From an uncultured Nitrososphaerota archaeon (GTDB taxonomy: Archaea; Thermoproteota; EX4484-205; JAAOZO01), in contig CAYOYV010000001.1 of NCBI GenBank assembly GCA_964408285.1, positions 192,001 through 256,000 of the forward strand: a stretch of 64,000 nucleotides of DNA, in the 5' to 3' direction. The notes beneath the pieces were generated by a model. It made no database searches. It was not told the origin of the DNA and saw nothing but the letters and a program-made list of their open reading frames with translations. Each line of letters begins with the position of its first letter. Position 1 is the stretch's first letter. Position numbers and translations under genes: made by a program. Shown here in pieces: positions 1 to 9,675 of the stretch.

Positions 1-1
1 C

Positions 2-490
2 AAATCCAATGCTTTCAATCGCAGCTTTCATGGACCTCCTTGTGATCTCGCCGCTCATCTTGATCAGTCCTATTTCCTCACTGTCCTTGACTTCCCTCAG
101 ATGCTCGATGAACCTGTTCCCCGGCTTCACTAGGGCTGGTGTTCGATTCCTGATCGCTGTCACTATTCCCTCTGTCCCAGTATCTATCTCCAAGTAGCGT
201 ACGTTGTCCCGAAGTAGCCTGCCTATCAGAAGCTCCAGCAGGCTGCTGCTCCTCTGGGCCATTACGACAGCGAGATCCTCTGATGAGGACTCATAGAGAT
301 CTAGGGGGCCGCCGAACAATTCCATTTGACCATCTCCGTCTACTAGAAGAACAGCGAAGCCCATGGGCTTCATGCCCGTCAAGTAAAGAATATTCAGAGG
401 ATTCTCTATCAGAACCCTATCTATCGCCGTCTTTGACAGTAGCTTCGCCAGTTTCCGAAGCCTCTCCTTCCTGATCTCTGTTCTCGCCAT
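2..490 (-). CDS. Xaa-Pro aminopeptidase (M24 family), N-terminal part; runs off the window edge
   Basis: Manual translation from ATG at 490: MARTEIRKERLRKLAKLLSKTAIDRVLIENPLNILYLTG...HLREVKDSEEIGLIKMSGEIT. This has the typical creatinase-N NIxYLTG motif and the LRxVKDxEEI linker. Absent from the ORF track because the stop lies outside the window. Confidence 0.85.
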   Translation of the reverse strand, partial: MARTEIRKERLRKLAKLLSKTAIDRVLIENPLNILYLTGMKPMGFAVLLVDGDGQMELFGGPLDLYESSSEDLAVVMAQRSSSLLELLIGRLLRDNVRYLEIDTGTEGIVTAIRNRTPALVKPGNRFIEHLREVKDSEEIGLIKMSGEITRRSMKAAIESIGF

Positions 491-1019
491 CTGCTTGTTT
501 CGGCATCTTTGATTGAAGGATCCTTTTAATAGATTTGGCATCATCGACGCCGAGGAGCTTGTTGAACCTGTCGCTCGTGTTCAATACGGATGTCCTGCCG
601 ACCTTCTCGGAAGTGATGTATCCCACACGGACAAGCTCCCTCACATACTTGTAGGCATGCTTGCCCCTTATCTGTATGACCCTGGACTGCGTTATTGGCT
701 GTTCCATTGCAACCAAAGAGAGAGTCTTCATTGACCCGACGGATATCGGAAGTTTCGAAGATACCTTTCTGGCAAATCTTGAATAGGGACCTCTGATTTG
801 CATCACGAAAGATTCGGAACCCACATTCAGTATCTCTAGGGAGCTTTCCCTTTCTGAATAGTCCTGCTGCAACCAGGAGAGTGCTGTTCTCACCGCGTCC
901 CTCCTACAGTCGAGTATCCTAGAGATTCTCTCTACAGACACAGGTTCACCAGAAGCAAAGAGTATGGCCTCGACCGATTTCCTTGTCGCTTCCGGATTTA
1001 GCTTGACATCACTATCCAT
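417..1019 (-). CDS. scpB: SMC-Scp complex subunit ScpB
   Basis: VEAILFASGEPVS and TLSLVAMEQPITQSRVIQIRG motifs; downstream of smc-scpA. Confidence 0.93.
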   Translation of the reverse strand: MDSDVKLNPEATRKSVEAILFASGEPVSVERISRILDCRRDAVRTALSWLQQDYSERESSLEILNVGSESFVMQIRGPYSRFARKVSSKLPISVGSMKTLSLVAMEQPITQSRVIQIRGKHAYKYVRELVRVGYITSEKVGRTSVLNTSDRFNKLLGVDDAKSIKRILQSKMPKQADGENRDQEGEASETGEATVKDGDR

Positions 1020-1651
1020 AGGTCATCTTCCTCGCGAACCAAAGCATATTCTAGCCTTGTGAGGAGGAACAGGAGAACTATGAATCTTCTTATGATCTCT
1101 ATCTGTTCCTGATGTCTGAGAAGCTCGACAACTTTCACGCGATGTTCAACGCTGAGCACGAGCCGCAGTTGCCTGTCTAGATCCTCTATCCTTTGGTCTA
1201 TCTCATCAAGAAAGGAGTCTGGTATTAGGAGAACAGGTGAAGTCTCATCTTCAGGTCGATTTTTCCTGCTCTCTTCAAGTATCCTCGTAAGAATCTCCAC
1301 CAAGCTGGAAAAGAGATCCTTGGATATTATGACAGGATGAGAGGTCCTGAGTGGAATGTCCAGAGGGATGATCTGAATGTCCTGGAATTCTCCCTCTTGG
1401 TTCTCAAGCTCCTGATCGGGAGGTTCCTCGAGCCTCAGAATCTCCTCAGTCTTTCTTCGGTATATTATGGCGGAGGACAGAAGAGCCACCCCTGAGTGCT
1501 CGAAATTCACTGATCCCTTGCTTCTTATTTCCGAAATCAACTGTCTCAGGGCAACTGCGACATTTATGTCCCAGACCTTTGCCCTATAGAGTCTTAGGGC
1601 ATCAAATAACATGGAGAAGATACTGATGATGTTATCTGCTGAGCGGCTCAA
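998..1651 (-). CDS. scpA: Kleisin ScpA
   Basis: VWDINV and SGVALLSSAIIYRRKTE N-terminal kleisin motif; C-terminal FIVLLFL winged helix; lies between smc and scpB. Confidence 0.85.
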   Translation of the reverse strand: MSRSADNIISIFSMLFDALRLYRAKVWDINVAVALRQLISEIRSKGSVNFEHSGVALLSSAIIYRRKTEEILRLEEPPDQELENQEGEFQDIQIIPLDIPLRTSHPVIISKDLFSSLVEILTRILEESRKNRPEDETSPVLLIPDSFLDEIDQRIEDLDRQLRLVLSVEHRVKVVELLRHQEQIEIIRRFIVLLFLLTRLEYALVREEDDLWIVMSS

Positions 1652-4600
1652 CTGGGGCTCTTCCTCTGAAGCTGCAGAGGCATCTCTACTAACCTCGATC
1701 TCCCGGACCTCATGTATGTGCCGATTATCTTATTGCCTCGGTTCGCTATCACGTCTTTGAGGGAGATGACAATTAACTGCGAACCAGAAGCTTTCATGGA
1801 CAGAAGCTTCCCATAATTCTGAATGTTGATCGGATCTAGGTGGGCGTCTATCTCGTCAAAGAAGTAGAACGGAGCTGGCTTCAATTCCTGCAAGGCAAAT
1901 ATGAAGCACAGAGCGACCACTGACTTCTCGCCCCCACTGCATCCATAGACCACCCTAGGGCCCTTGTTCGGGAATTGAACCATGACAGTGATCCCCCCTT
2001 GGAATGGTTCCTCCAGGTTCTCGATCTCAAGCCAGGCAGATCCGCCTGTTACCTTCCTGAAATACTCGCTGAAGCTTGCACTTACAGAGTTCAGGGCATT
2101 CAAAAAGCTCTCTTTCTTCTTTGTTTCGATTTCGCTAATTAGATCAAGAATGGCCTTCCTTTCCTCATCAAGCTTGTTCATCCTCTCTGAAACAAGCCTA
2201 TAATTGCCCGCTTGCTCAAGGTATTGTCTTCCCGCGAGCATGTTGACTTCTCCGACCTGCTTCAGCGCTGAATCGCATAGGTCGGCAAGTCTCGACATAC
2301 ATCTTCGTGATACAGGAGATGGCATGTCGAATTCAACCAATGGCCTTCCCAACTCGGCCATCTTGCTCTCAAGAATCGCCAACTCGCTTCTACCTATGTT
2401 CACTTTTATCTCGATCTCCCGGGCTTTCTGTTCAGAAGATCTTCGTACTTCGTCTGCTTCGTCAATTTGAGACTGCAGTCGCCTTATCTCTTCAGACAAT
2501 GAGTTTCTGTTTTCCTCTCGTTGGTCAGGTGGTCTCGATAGATCCTTCAACCTTTCTGCCTCGAACCCTCTGAGTTCGCGTTCCATCTCATCTCTCCCCG
2601 CTTTCAGACTTGAGACTGCCTTGAGGATGGATTCCAATTCACCAACCTTCTGGTGTATATGGTTCCTTTGATTTCCCCGTTCGAGGATTAGGGACTGAAG
2701 CTTTCGCTCTCCAATTTCCGTTGCTTGGCGCAGTGGCCCTTCTGATTTCTCTTGTTGCCTCAGGCTCTTCTTGACTTTATTGACCTTATTCTGCAGACAA
2801 TCGATCTTGGTCTTCTTCTTGACCAATCTAGCCTCAAGGCCGTCCATTCGAGCTTTGGCACAAGTCAAAATTCTTCTGACTAGTTTCAACCTTCTTTCGA
2901 TCGCTCTTATCCTTGCTCGAGAATTGGAGTACTTCTGCCGCACTTTCAGACGTTGATTCTGCATCAGCTTGAGCAGCTGGTGACTGTGATCAAGCTTGGC
3001 CCTAAATTCCGCGAGCAACACGGAGGTGGAGCTTCTGTTCCGCCTTATCCCGCGAATCGATTGCCTTATCTGTTCAGTGGCTTCTGCGAGACTGATGGCC
3101 CTAGTCTGGACTGTCTCTTGCCTGAAATTCTCTAGGCTGATGAAATCCTTCTCAAGGTCAGAAATAGCGATCTCCAGTTCCAAAAGCCTTTGATCCTCGT
3201 CGTTCTGGAGTTTCGCGGTTCTGTCATCACTTAGGACAACACCATCTCGGGTGACCACATTCCAACCCTTCTGCACCAGAGGAGGAGCTTGGCTGACGTC
3301 GTCGACGATAACAAAATCCTTGGTCTTCTCGGATATGAATTGAGCCATCTCCCGCGGAAAGGTCAAGGCTTCTGACAGCAGAAGACCTTCTGGTCTGGTT
3401 TCGCACGCACTCTTATCCAAATAGTCAGTCTCGCCAACGATCTTGATGCCTATCATTCCCAATCTTCTAAAGGCGACCGCAATGAGAATTGGATCCTCTT
3501 CCTTCGACACAACTATAGATTCGAGCCAATCCCCAAGCACTGCCCGAACAACGCGCTCGATCTCCGGGGGATAGGAGATGACCTCCTTCAGTCTTCCCTT
3601 GACATCGACTCCGGCCTCCCTCATGATTCTGCAAGCCTCTTCGGGTGCCTCAGAGGGCACTATAGACAAGGCGTCCATCCTACCCTTGAGTCTCTCCATC
3701 AAGCGCTCGATTTGTCCAAGCGATTCCTCCACCTGCCTGCTTCTACCTTCGATGTCGGAGATCTCTCCTAGATTACCCAGGAGTTGTGCTTCTATGGAAT
3801 TGAGCGAGTCAGTTTGTAGAAGCAACTGCTTCTCAAGTCTCGAAATCCGCTTCTTCCAAGCGGACAGCCTCGTCGCATTCAGAAGGATGATTCTCTGAAG
3901 GTTCTCACCTTCCGACGACAGAGATTCGGTCTCAGAAAGTATCTTTTGTCTTTCGGATTGGAGGCTTGACGCTAATCCGGACGCCTCTTCCATGTCTGAA
4001 AGCGCAATCTCTTTGGCCTTCTCGATCTTCTCTGCGTTCTCCAAGGCGTTCTCGAGCGATCTTGACAGGACGGCAAGTGATCTCTCCAATTTGTCCTTCG
4101 TTCGTCTTACCCTCTCCAAATGCATGGAGGCATTCTTGAGCATGCCACGCCTGCGGTGAATGGCCCTTGAGGCCGAGCTTCTATGCTCCCTGCAAATCTC
4201 AAGCTCAGCCGCCATACTTGCTATCCTATCTTCGGCCCTGCTAATCTTGAGAGCAACAGCTCCTATGTCGCCTCTCATTTGGGAAATCCGGGCAATGACC
4301 GCACTCGCATCCGGAATGCTTGCCCGCTGCATCTCCTGATTCAGCTTCATGAGCCCTTCCACGGCGTTCCTGTGATTGTCGAGCGTCGTCTGGTAGGTAG
4401 TTTGAGCCTGTGTGACCTCAGCCGCCGCTTCTGACAGCTTGTGCTCGAGATCCTCGATTTTTCGCCTCTTTTCGACTGTATCTTCGAGGACTAGGTGCCT
4501 CTTGGCCTCCTCAGATAGGCCTCTCAAGGCAGAATTCGATAATGCTCTGTTCATCTCCAGCTCGAGCTGCTCCAGCCTCGCCTTGACCTCTTCGAGTTTG

Positions 4601-5172
4601 CTATAGGCGACTCTCACGTTTATGTCGGCTTGCCTTAGCTCTTCCTCTGCCTGTTTCCTTTTCTCATCATAGCTTGATAGTCCGATCGCCTCCTCTATTA
4701 TAGTCCTGATCTCTACAGAGTCTTTGTCCGCGATCCTTGATATCTCTCCCTGCATGACGATGTTATAGCCCTTCGAGTAAAGGCCTGCCAGATTGAGTGT
4801 GTTAGTGACAACAAGCCGGGGCACTCTCTTCTTATTGAGATAGTAGACAGTTTCCCCCTTCTCTTCAATGTATCTAGTTATGCCTATTTCATCTTCTTCG
4901 ATTGGTATCTTCCTATCAGAATTATCTATCACGATCCTCACGTATGATCTCTGGGTTTTTCCCTGCCTGTCGTCTGATACAAGGCTTGACAGCCTATCGG
5001 CTCTGAGCGCCCTTGTTGACGTCTCCCCAAGAACGAATCTGACTGCATCCAGTATGTTGCTTTTGCCCGTTCCATTTGGCCCGGTTATGACATTCAGCCC
5101 CGAATCCAGATGGAGGACAGTTTTCTCCGAGAATGACTTGAAGCTCCTAAGCTCTATTCTCTTCAGGTGCAT
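1648..5172 (-). CDS. smc: Chromosome segregation protein SMC (canonical, with hinge)
   Basis: Walker A GPNGTGKSN, long coiled coils, hinge (VKGRLKEVI...VVTRDG), signature SGGEKS, Walker B FFDEIDAHLD. Confidence 0.96.
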   Translation of the reverse strand: MHLKRIELRSFKSFSEKTVLHLDSGLNVITGPNGTGKSNILDAVRFVLGETSTRALRADRLSSLVSDDRQGKTQRSYVRIVIDNSDRKIPIEEDEIGITRYIEEKGETVYYLNKKRVPRLVVTNTLNLAGLYSKGYNIVMQGEISRIADKDSVEIRTIIEEAIGLSSYDEKRKQAEEELRQADINVRVAYSKLEEVKARLEQLELEMNRALSNSALRGLSEEAKRHLVLEDTVEKRRKIEDLEHKLSEAAAEVTQAQTTYQTTLDNHRNAVEGLMKLNQEMQRASIPDASAVIARISQMRGDIGAVALKISRAEDRIASMAAELEICREHRSSASRAIHRRRGMLKNASMHLERVRRTKDKLERSLAVLSRSLENALENAEKIEKAKEIALSDMEEASGLASSLQSERQKILSETESLSSEGENLQRIILLNATRLSAWKKRISRLEKQLLLQTDSLNSIEAQLLGNLGEISDIEGRSRQVEESLGQIERLMERLKGRMDALSIVPSEAPEEACRIMREAGVDVKGRLKEVISYPPEIERVVRAVLGDWLESIVVSKEEDPILIAVAFRRLGMIGIKIVGETDYLDKSACETRPEGLLLSEALTFPREMAQFISEKTKDFVIVDDVSQAPPLVQKGWNVVTRDGVVLSDDRTAKLQNDEDQRLLELEIAISDLEKDFISLENFRQETVQTRAISLAEATEQIRQSIRGIRRNRSSTSVLLAEFRAKLDHSHQLLKLMQNQRLKVRQKYSNSRARIRAIERRLKLVRRILTCAKARMDGLEARLVKKKTKIDCLQNKVNKVKKSLRQQEKSEGPLRQATEIGERKLQSLILERGNQRNHIHQKVGELESILKAVSSLKAGRDEMERELRGFEAERLKDLSRPPDQREENRNSLSEEIRRLQSQIDEADEVRRSSEQKAREIEIKVNIGRSELAILESKMAELGRPLVEFDMPSPVSRRCMSRLADLCDSALKQVGEVNMLAGRQYLEQAGNYRLVSERMNKLDEERKAILDLISEIETKKKESFLNALNSVSASFSEYFRKVTGGSAWLEIENLEEPFQGGITVMVQFPNKGPRVVYGCSGGEKSVVALCFIFALQELKPAPFYFFDEIDAHLDPINIQNYGKLLSMKASGSQLIVISLKDVIANRGNKIIGTYMRSGRSRLVEMPLQLQRKSPS

Positions 5173-5500
5173 TGCCGAACACTTCTCAACTGCCCTCTGT
5201 CATCGACAGTCCTTTGAGCCGTTCTTTTCCAGCCGAAGTGATCCTGCGATCGCCTGCATGAGCGTCGTCTCCTGAGATGGAATCTCCGTTTCCTGACTCT
5301 TTCAGGAATGCTTTCAGAAGCTCTACCAAGGGAATACTTGGATTTGGGAGGGCTCTGGCGAAGCTGACGGAATCAGTCTCCTTGGGATAAGCAGGTCCGC
5401 AAGGGCTCCGCATGTCAACGTGAATGTCCATGGCCGCGGATAGCCTGAACATTTTTCATTATATCTTTGCTCTTCACTCACAATCAACGTTCCGATAAAG

Positions 5501-5509
5501 TTTTATTTA
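5501..5509 (+). promoter_or_regulatory. TATA box for the rps8e-srp19 operon
   Basis: TTTTATTTA preceded by purine-rich GATAAAG (BRE-like), about 23 nt before the ATG at 5532. Confidence 0.6.
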
Positions 5510-5531
5510 CTCATTCCCAAAGCGCGAAACA

Positions 5532-5927
5532 ATGACGATTTATCACTGGGATTTGCCCAAGAAGAAGAAAACAGGGGCTTCCAAGAAAGCATTCAGAGGG
5601 AAGCGGAGGCGTGAATCTGGCGATGTTCAGACCGAAACCCGCATATCAAGAACAGGAGATTTCGTGCAAAGGAAAAGAATCAAAGGAGGTAGCTTCAAGT
5701 TGAGCTTGCGTGAGTCAAAATCCGTGAACATCAATTTCCCAGACGGGCATACAACAAGGGGCGAAATACTGGAGCTTGTAGACAATCCTTCCAATGCACT
5801 ATTTGCTAGAAAAGGGATTATCACAAGAGGGGCCATTCTGCGAACATCACTTGGATTGGTAAGGGTCTCTTCGAAGATGGGCTCTGATGGAGTCCTTAAC
5901 GCCAAGATCATGGAGGAGAAGAAATAG
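5532..5927 (+). CDS. rps8e: 30S ribosomal protein S8e (eS8)
   Basis: KKKTG...RGKRRRESG, NPSNALFARKGIITRGAILRT, SDGVLNA motifs. Confidence 0.95.
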   Translation: MTIYHWDLPKKKKTGASKKAFRGKRRRESGDVQTETRISRTGDFVQRKRIKGGSFKLSLRESKSVNINFPDGHTTRGEILELVDNPSNALFARKGIITRGAILRTSLGLVRVSSKMGSDGVLNAKIMEEKK

Positions 5928-5933
5928 GAGGCA

Positions 5934-6227
5934 ATGAAGCGACTACAGAAGGATCCGTTCAGAATAATCTACCCTCAATATTTCGATCAGAAACGTTCTA
6001 GAACTCAAGGAAGGAGGATTCAGAAGGAACTTGCATCACGGCCGCCCAGTGAGAATGATCTCACTTCCATACTGAATGGGCTCAAGCTAAGATATCAGGT
6101 TCAGGACGGAGTGACATTCCCTCAGGAGCACACCAAGAGGTCATACAGAGTCGTGGTTTTCACTTCAACGAAGAAGTCCTCTCTCCTGAATGAAATCGCG
6201 AGAAGGCTGAGACAAAGCCACACATAA
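5934..6227 (+). CDS. srp19: Signal recognition particle 19 kDa protein
   Basis: IIYPQYFDQKRSRTQGRRI motif; C-terminal KSSLLNEIA. Confidence 0.92.
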   Translation: MKRLQKDPFRIIYPQYFDQKRSRTQGRRIQKELASRPPSENDLTSILNGLKLRYQVQDGVTFPQEHTKRSYRVVVFTSTKKSSLLNEIARRLRQSHT

Positions 6228-6267
6228 GCACGAACTAATGAATAAATACGGGCATCCTCTCTGAAGG

Positions 6268-6522
6268 GTGTTGACCTTAAAGGGCAGAAGCCTTAGGATA
6301 GGTGAGGTTGAGGCTTCTACTGCGCAAGGGCTTTATGTCGTTAGACTTGAATCCGTGCCCAAGACAGGACAAAGATTGTATGATTCAAGGGGAAAGGAAA
6401 TCGGAATAGTGAAGGATCTCATCGGAAATGTGAGGAAGCCCTACGCCGTTGTTTCGGTCAACGATCGCGCGAGACCATTGAAACAAGGCCAACCCATTTT
6501 CTCAGAGGGGAAACACAAATGA
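6268..6522 (+). CDS. gar1: H/ACA RNP subunit Gar1/Naf1
   Basis: LYDSRGKEIGIVKDLIGNVRKPYAVV motif; conserved position before tfb. Confidence 0.88.
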   Translation: MLTLKGRSLRIGEVEASTAQGLYVVRLESVPKTGQRLYDSRGKEIGIVKDLIGNVRKPYAVVSVNDRARPLKQGQPIFSEGKHK

Positions 6523-7421
6523 CCTCTCCAGCCAGATGTACCTACTGCAACTCCAGCGATATAGTTTTCGACTCTAGCACCGGTGAGTACATATGCTGCA
6601 ATTGTGGCTTGGTCCTGCAAAGAACCAACATCGATAGATCTCCGGAATGGAGGGCCTTCACAGAGGAGGAAAGAAGCGAAATGGAAAGGGTGGGTCCTCC
6701 GCCTACCCCCATCTATGACGTGGGAGGCCTATCCACGAAGATAGTACCTACAAAGGAAAGGGAAGGCGATTCGCAGGATCCAAGCAAGTACTTGCGGCTT
6801 GCCAAATGGCAGGACAGATCTGTACAGAGCTCGCCACTCTCACGTTCCCTCCCAAAGGTTCAATATCTCATAAACTCAGTCGGACTGAAGCTGAATTGCC
6901 CCCAGGTCGTCATCGAAAGGGGAATAGATGTCTACCGAATCGCTCATTCAAAAGGCCTGCTGAAGGGAAGGGCCTTGGAGGCAGAGATCGCAGCATCACT
7001 ATACATGGCCTGCAAGCTTCTTGATAACCCGAGGACCTTGCACGAGATTGCACAAGCATACGGCATAAGCAAGGTTTCGATTGCCAAAGCATATAGGGAG
7101 CTGAGCTGGTCCATGGGTTCGCCCAAAAGAACCGACGAGGCCGAGCTCATCCTAGTAAGGTTAGCGAACAAGCTAGGCATAAGTGGAAGGCTCCTCAATA
7201 TGTCCCTCGATCTCCTCAAATCAGCGCGAGAAAGAAAGCTGACATCGGGCAGATCGCCCAAGAGCCTAGCAGCTGCCTGCATCTATCTGGCCTCTGTCAT
7301 GACCAACAGCGAATTGACCCAGAAAGAGATCGCGAGCGCTGGAGACGTTACAGAGGTAACTCTGAGAAACAGGTACAAGGAGATGATAGAAGCCTTGGAC
7401 CTGGCAAATGAGAGGCGGTGA
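6519..7421 (+). CDS. tfb: Transcription initiation factor IIB
   Basis: Zn ribbon CxxC...CxxC, PEWRAF B-reader, two cyclin repeats, VTEVTLRNRYKE. Confidence 0.96.
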   Translation: MTSPARCTYCNSSDIVFDSSTGEYICCNCGLVLQRTNIDRSPEWRAFTEEERSEMERVGPPPTPIYDVGGLSTKIVPTKEREGDSQDPSKYLRLAKWQDRSVQSSPLSRSLPKVQYLINSVGLKLNCPQVVIERGIDVYRIAHSKGLLKGRALEAEIAASLYMACKLLDNPRTLHEIAQAYGISKVSIAKAYRELSWSMGSPKRTDEAELILVRLANKLGISGRLLNMSLDLLKSARERKLTSGRSPKSLAAACIYLASVMTNSELTQKEIASAGDVTEVTLRNRYKEMIEALDLANERR

Positions 7422-7461
7422 ACTCATCTTTAAAAACAAGTATCCCGCTTTTGTAATAACG

Positions 7462-7827
7462 ATGGCCTCCAGATTCGTAACAAAAAGAAGCACATTCGAG
7501 AGACGCGCACTTGACGCGGTCATGAAGGCGGGTAAGGATGGAATCCTGCAGACAGAATTGTGGAAGAGGATCGAGGTGAGCAGCAGGGAGGGTTCAAGGA
7601 TCTGTCTGCGTCTGGAGAAATGGGGCCTGATACGAAGGGAGCGATTCCTAAACGAGGGGCGATGGACATACAAGATATTCTCCACAAAGGCTCCTCTAAG
7701 ACTCGATTCGATATTAGGGGCGCCATGCATTACTTGTCCCTATTTCTATCAATGCGCTCCAGGGGGTGAAATATCGCCCGAGAAATGCGTTTGGCTGGAC
7801 GAATGGGTCCTTACGTCTGAGTCATAG
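7462..7827 (+). CDS. TFE-beta / RPC34-like winged helix with C-terminal Fe-S cysteine cluster
   Basis: GILQTELWK winged helix followed by PCITCPYFYQC...SPEKCVWLDEW; TTTAAAAA box about 25 nt upstream; adjacent to tfb. Confidence 0.82.
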   Translation: MASRFVTKRSTFERRALDAVMKAGKDGILQTELWKRIEVSSREGSRICLRLEKWGLIRRERFLNEGRWTYKIFSTKAPLRLDSILGAPCITCPYFYQCAPGGEISPEKCVWLDEWVLTSES

Positions 7828-7829
7828 AA

Positions 7830-8468
7830 ATGCCCAATCAGAAGAGACGTTGGCTTGAGGAAAGAAAAAGGGATTACTACCACAAGAAAGCGCTCGAGAT
7901 GGGCTATCGCAGCAGAGCAATATTCAAGCTAGCCCAGATAGATCAGAAGTTCGCGATTCTTAGGATCGGAGATTACGTGCTGGACCTAGGTTGCAGTCCA
8001 GGCGGCTGGTCACAATATGCCATCGAGAAAGTTGGAGCAAGCGGCGTGGTTTTCGGAGTAGACATAGAACCAATTATGCCCCTGCGGTCCAAGAATTTCA
8101 GATTTGTCAGATTGGACCTGATGGAAGAGGGATCAGTTCAGAAACTGAAGCAGGAGATCGGAACCCGAGTCGACTTGGTGATCTCCGACCTTGCTCCTGA
8201 TATGAGTGGCACCTATGGTGTCGACTCGTCAAGGCAATCGGCTCTCGCTCAGAGAGCTCTGGACGTCGGCATTGGTATGTTGAGATCCGGAGGAAATCTC
8301 GTCGTCAAGGTATTTGAGGGAAGCGAATCCGGTTCAATCGAGAGGAAGGCAAAAGAACTCTTCAATAAAGTCACAAGGATGAGACCACTAGCCTCAAGGA
8401 AACATAGTTCGGAATTCTATCTCATCTGTCTGGATTTCCGTCCTCGACGGGCCCTTGCTTGCCGATAA
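7830..8468 (+). CDS. rlmE: 23S rRNA 2'-O-methyltransferase RlmE/FtsJ
   Basis: YRSRAIFKL, DLGCSPGGWSQ, SDLAPDMSG, ASRKHSSEFY. Confidence 0.95.
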   Translation: MPNQKRRWLEERKRDYYHKKALEMGYRSRAIFKLAQIDQKFAILRIGDYVLDLGCSPGGWSQYAIEKVGASGVVFGVDIEPIMPLRSKNFRFVRLDLMEEGSVQKLKQEIGTRVDLVISDLAPDMSGTYGVDSSRQSALAQRALDVGIGMLRSGGNLVVKVFEGSESGSIERKAKELFNKVTRMRPLASRKHSSEFYLICLDFRPRRALACR

Positions 8469-9618
8469 GTCTACAGAACTCTTCAGGCTGTGCATCCAGC
8501 TTTATGGATTCGCTAGACAAATGAGTGAGACTCGCTCGTAGTCCTAGTCTTCTGGCAGTTTCAACCAAAATCCTAGGAGACGGCACATTTGCATCGAATG
8601 ATCGAGCGAAGAATGAAACGGGGCAATACCCAATGATGTCCGAGGCCTCTTCGCGAAGAGCAGCCAGAAGATTGTCGGATTCTATCGAGATCCCGCTGCC
8701 GTAGTCTTGCAGCGCTTGGAGGAAATCCCTGTCTACGTATTCCCCGATCCAGAGGGGCCCATAGACCTTGGCATCTTCATGATCGAATGATCTCACAGAT
8801 TGAGCAAGATCCGCTATTCCCGCCGTTTTCCATTCAAGAGCTGATCTTGAGAAGAGTAGATATCCCAGGGCCTTCAGAGCCCTGTGAGCTCTGGATCTGT
8901 CCCTAAGTACCGTGAAATAGCCTCTGAGATAGTGCTTCTCGCAATACACAAGCAAGGGCAAGATCCCGATCTGATGTCTAGCGGCAGTCATAGCAGAGGA
9001 GCCGATGAGCATTCTTATTCCCATCTCCTTCATGAAAGGGACTCTCTCCACGTAGCTCCCGTATCTCAGCAAAGCCTTCGATGGGCATGCCCCAAACAGA
9101 ACGGCCGTGTCTGTCGCGGTCATACCAATCACACCGTTATGGTGGATCGATAGCAAAGCCTGCTCCAAGAGATGAGCGGGGGATCCAAAAGGATCCAGAT
9201 CAAGATAGTCGAACCTATGACCCTTGGAACTGTGGGCTATGAGGAATGCCCTTGCGTCGAGTTGCGTTGACTGTGCCTTGTGCGAAAGCATGTTCAGTTC
9301 CAAATTCCTACGTGCCAACTCGCAAGCTTGCTCGCTGACGTCGTTCAGGTAAGCCCGCTCTATGCCATCGGTTTCCAAGAGGGCCCTGATAGATCTTACG
9401 CCCAATCCTCCCATGGCCTCACCCATGACGATTCTTCTATCGTTGATTCTGGCCAGCGTTCTTAGGACGGATATCATGATGTCTCTGTTTGTCTTCATCA
9501 GAGGGTTATAGAACACCTGCGCTTTAGATGGCACGTACTCTCTATCGCTTGTCCTATACTCCTCAAGAGGGCAGGCGAGGAATTTGGCCCTTCCTTCATT
9601 CAGGATCTGATACGACAT
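8422..9618 (-). CDS. trm1: tRNA (guanine-26-N2)-dimethyltransferase Trm1
   Basis: VFYNPLMKTNRD, GVRSIR, DLDPFGSP, TATDTAVL, GPLWIG. Confidence 0.93.
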   Translation of the reverse strand: MSYQILNEGRAKFLACPLEEYRTSDREYVPSKAQVFYNPLMKTNRDIMISVLRTLARINDRRIVMGEAMGGLGVRSIRALLETDGIERAYLNDVSEQACELARRNLELNMLSHKAQSTQLDARAFLIAHSSKGHRFDYLDLDPFGSPAHLLEQALLSIHHNGVIGMTATDTAVLFGACPSKALLRYGSYVERVPFMKEMGIRMLIGSSAMTAARHQIGILPLLVYCEKHYLRGYFTVLRDRSRAHRALKALGYLLFSRSALEWKTAGIADLAQSVRSFDHEDAKVYGPLWIGEYVDRDFLQALQDYGSGISIESDNLLAALREEASDIIGYCPVSFFARSFDANVPSPRILVETARRLGLRASLTHLSSESIKLDAQPEEFCRLIGKQGPVEDGNPDR

Positions 9619-9675
9619 TGGACTGTCTGATCTCCAGAGAAACTTATTTACCTAGTGCTCGCCGGAGCCAAATTC

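Noticed and set aside
5186-5452. 88-aa ORF or SRP RNA between smc and rps8e
   Set aside because: No family motifs. The stretch CAGGTCCGCAAGGG only loosely resembles SRP helix 8, and there is no long GC-rich helix 5 or Alu domain. Left unassigned.
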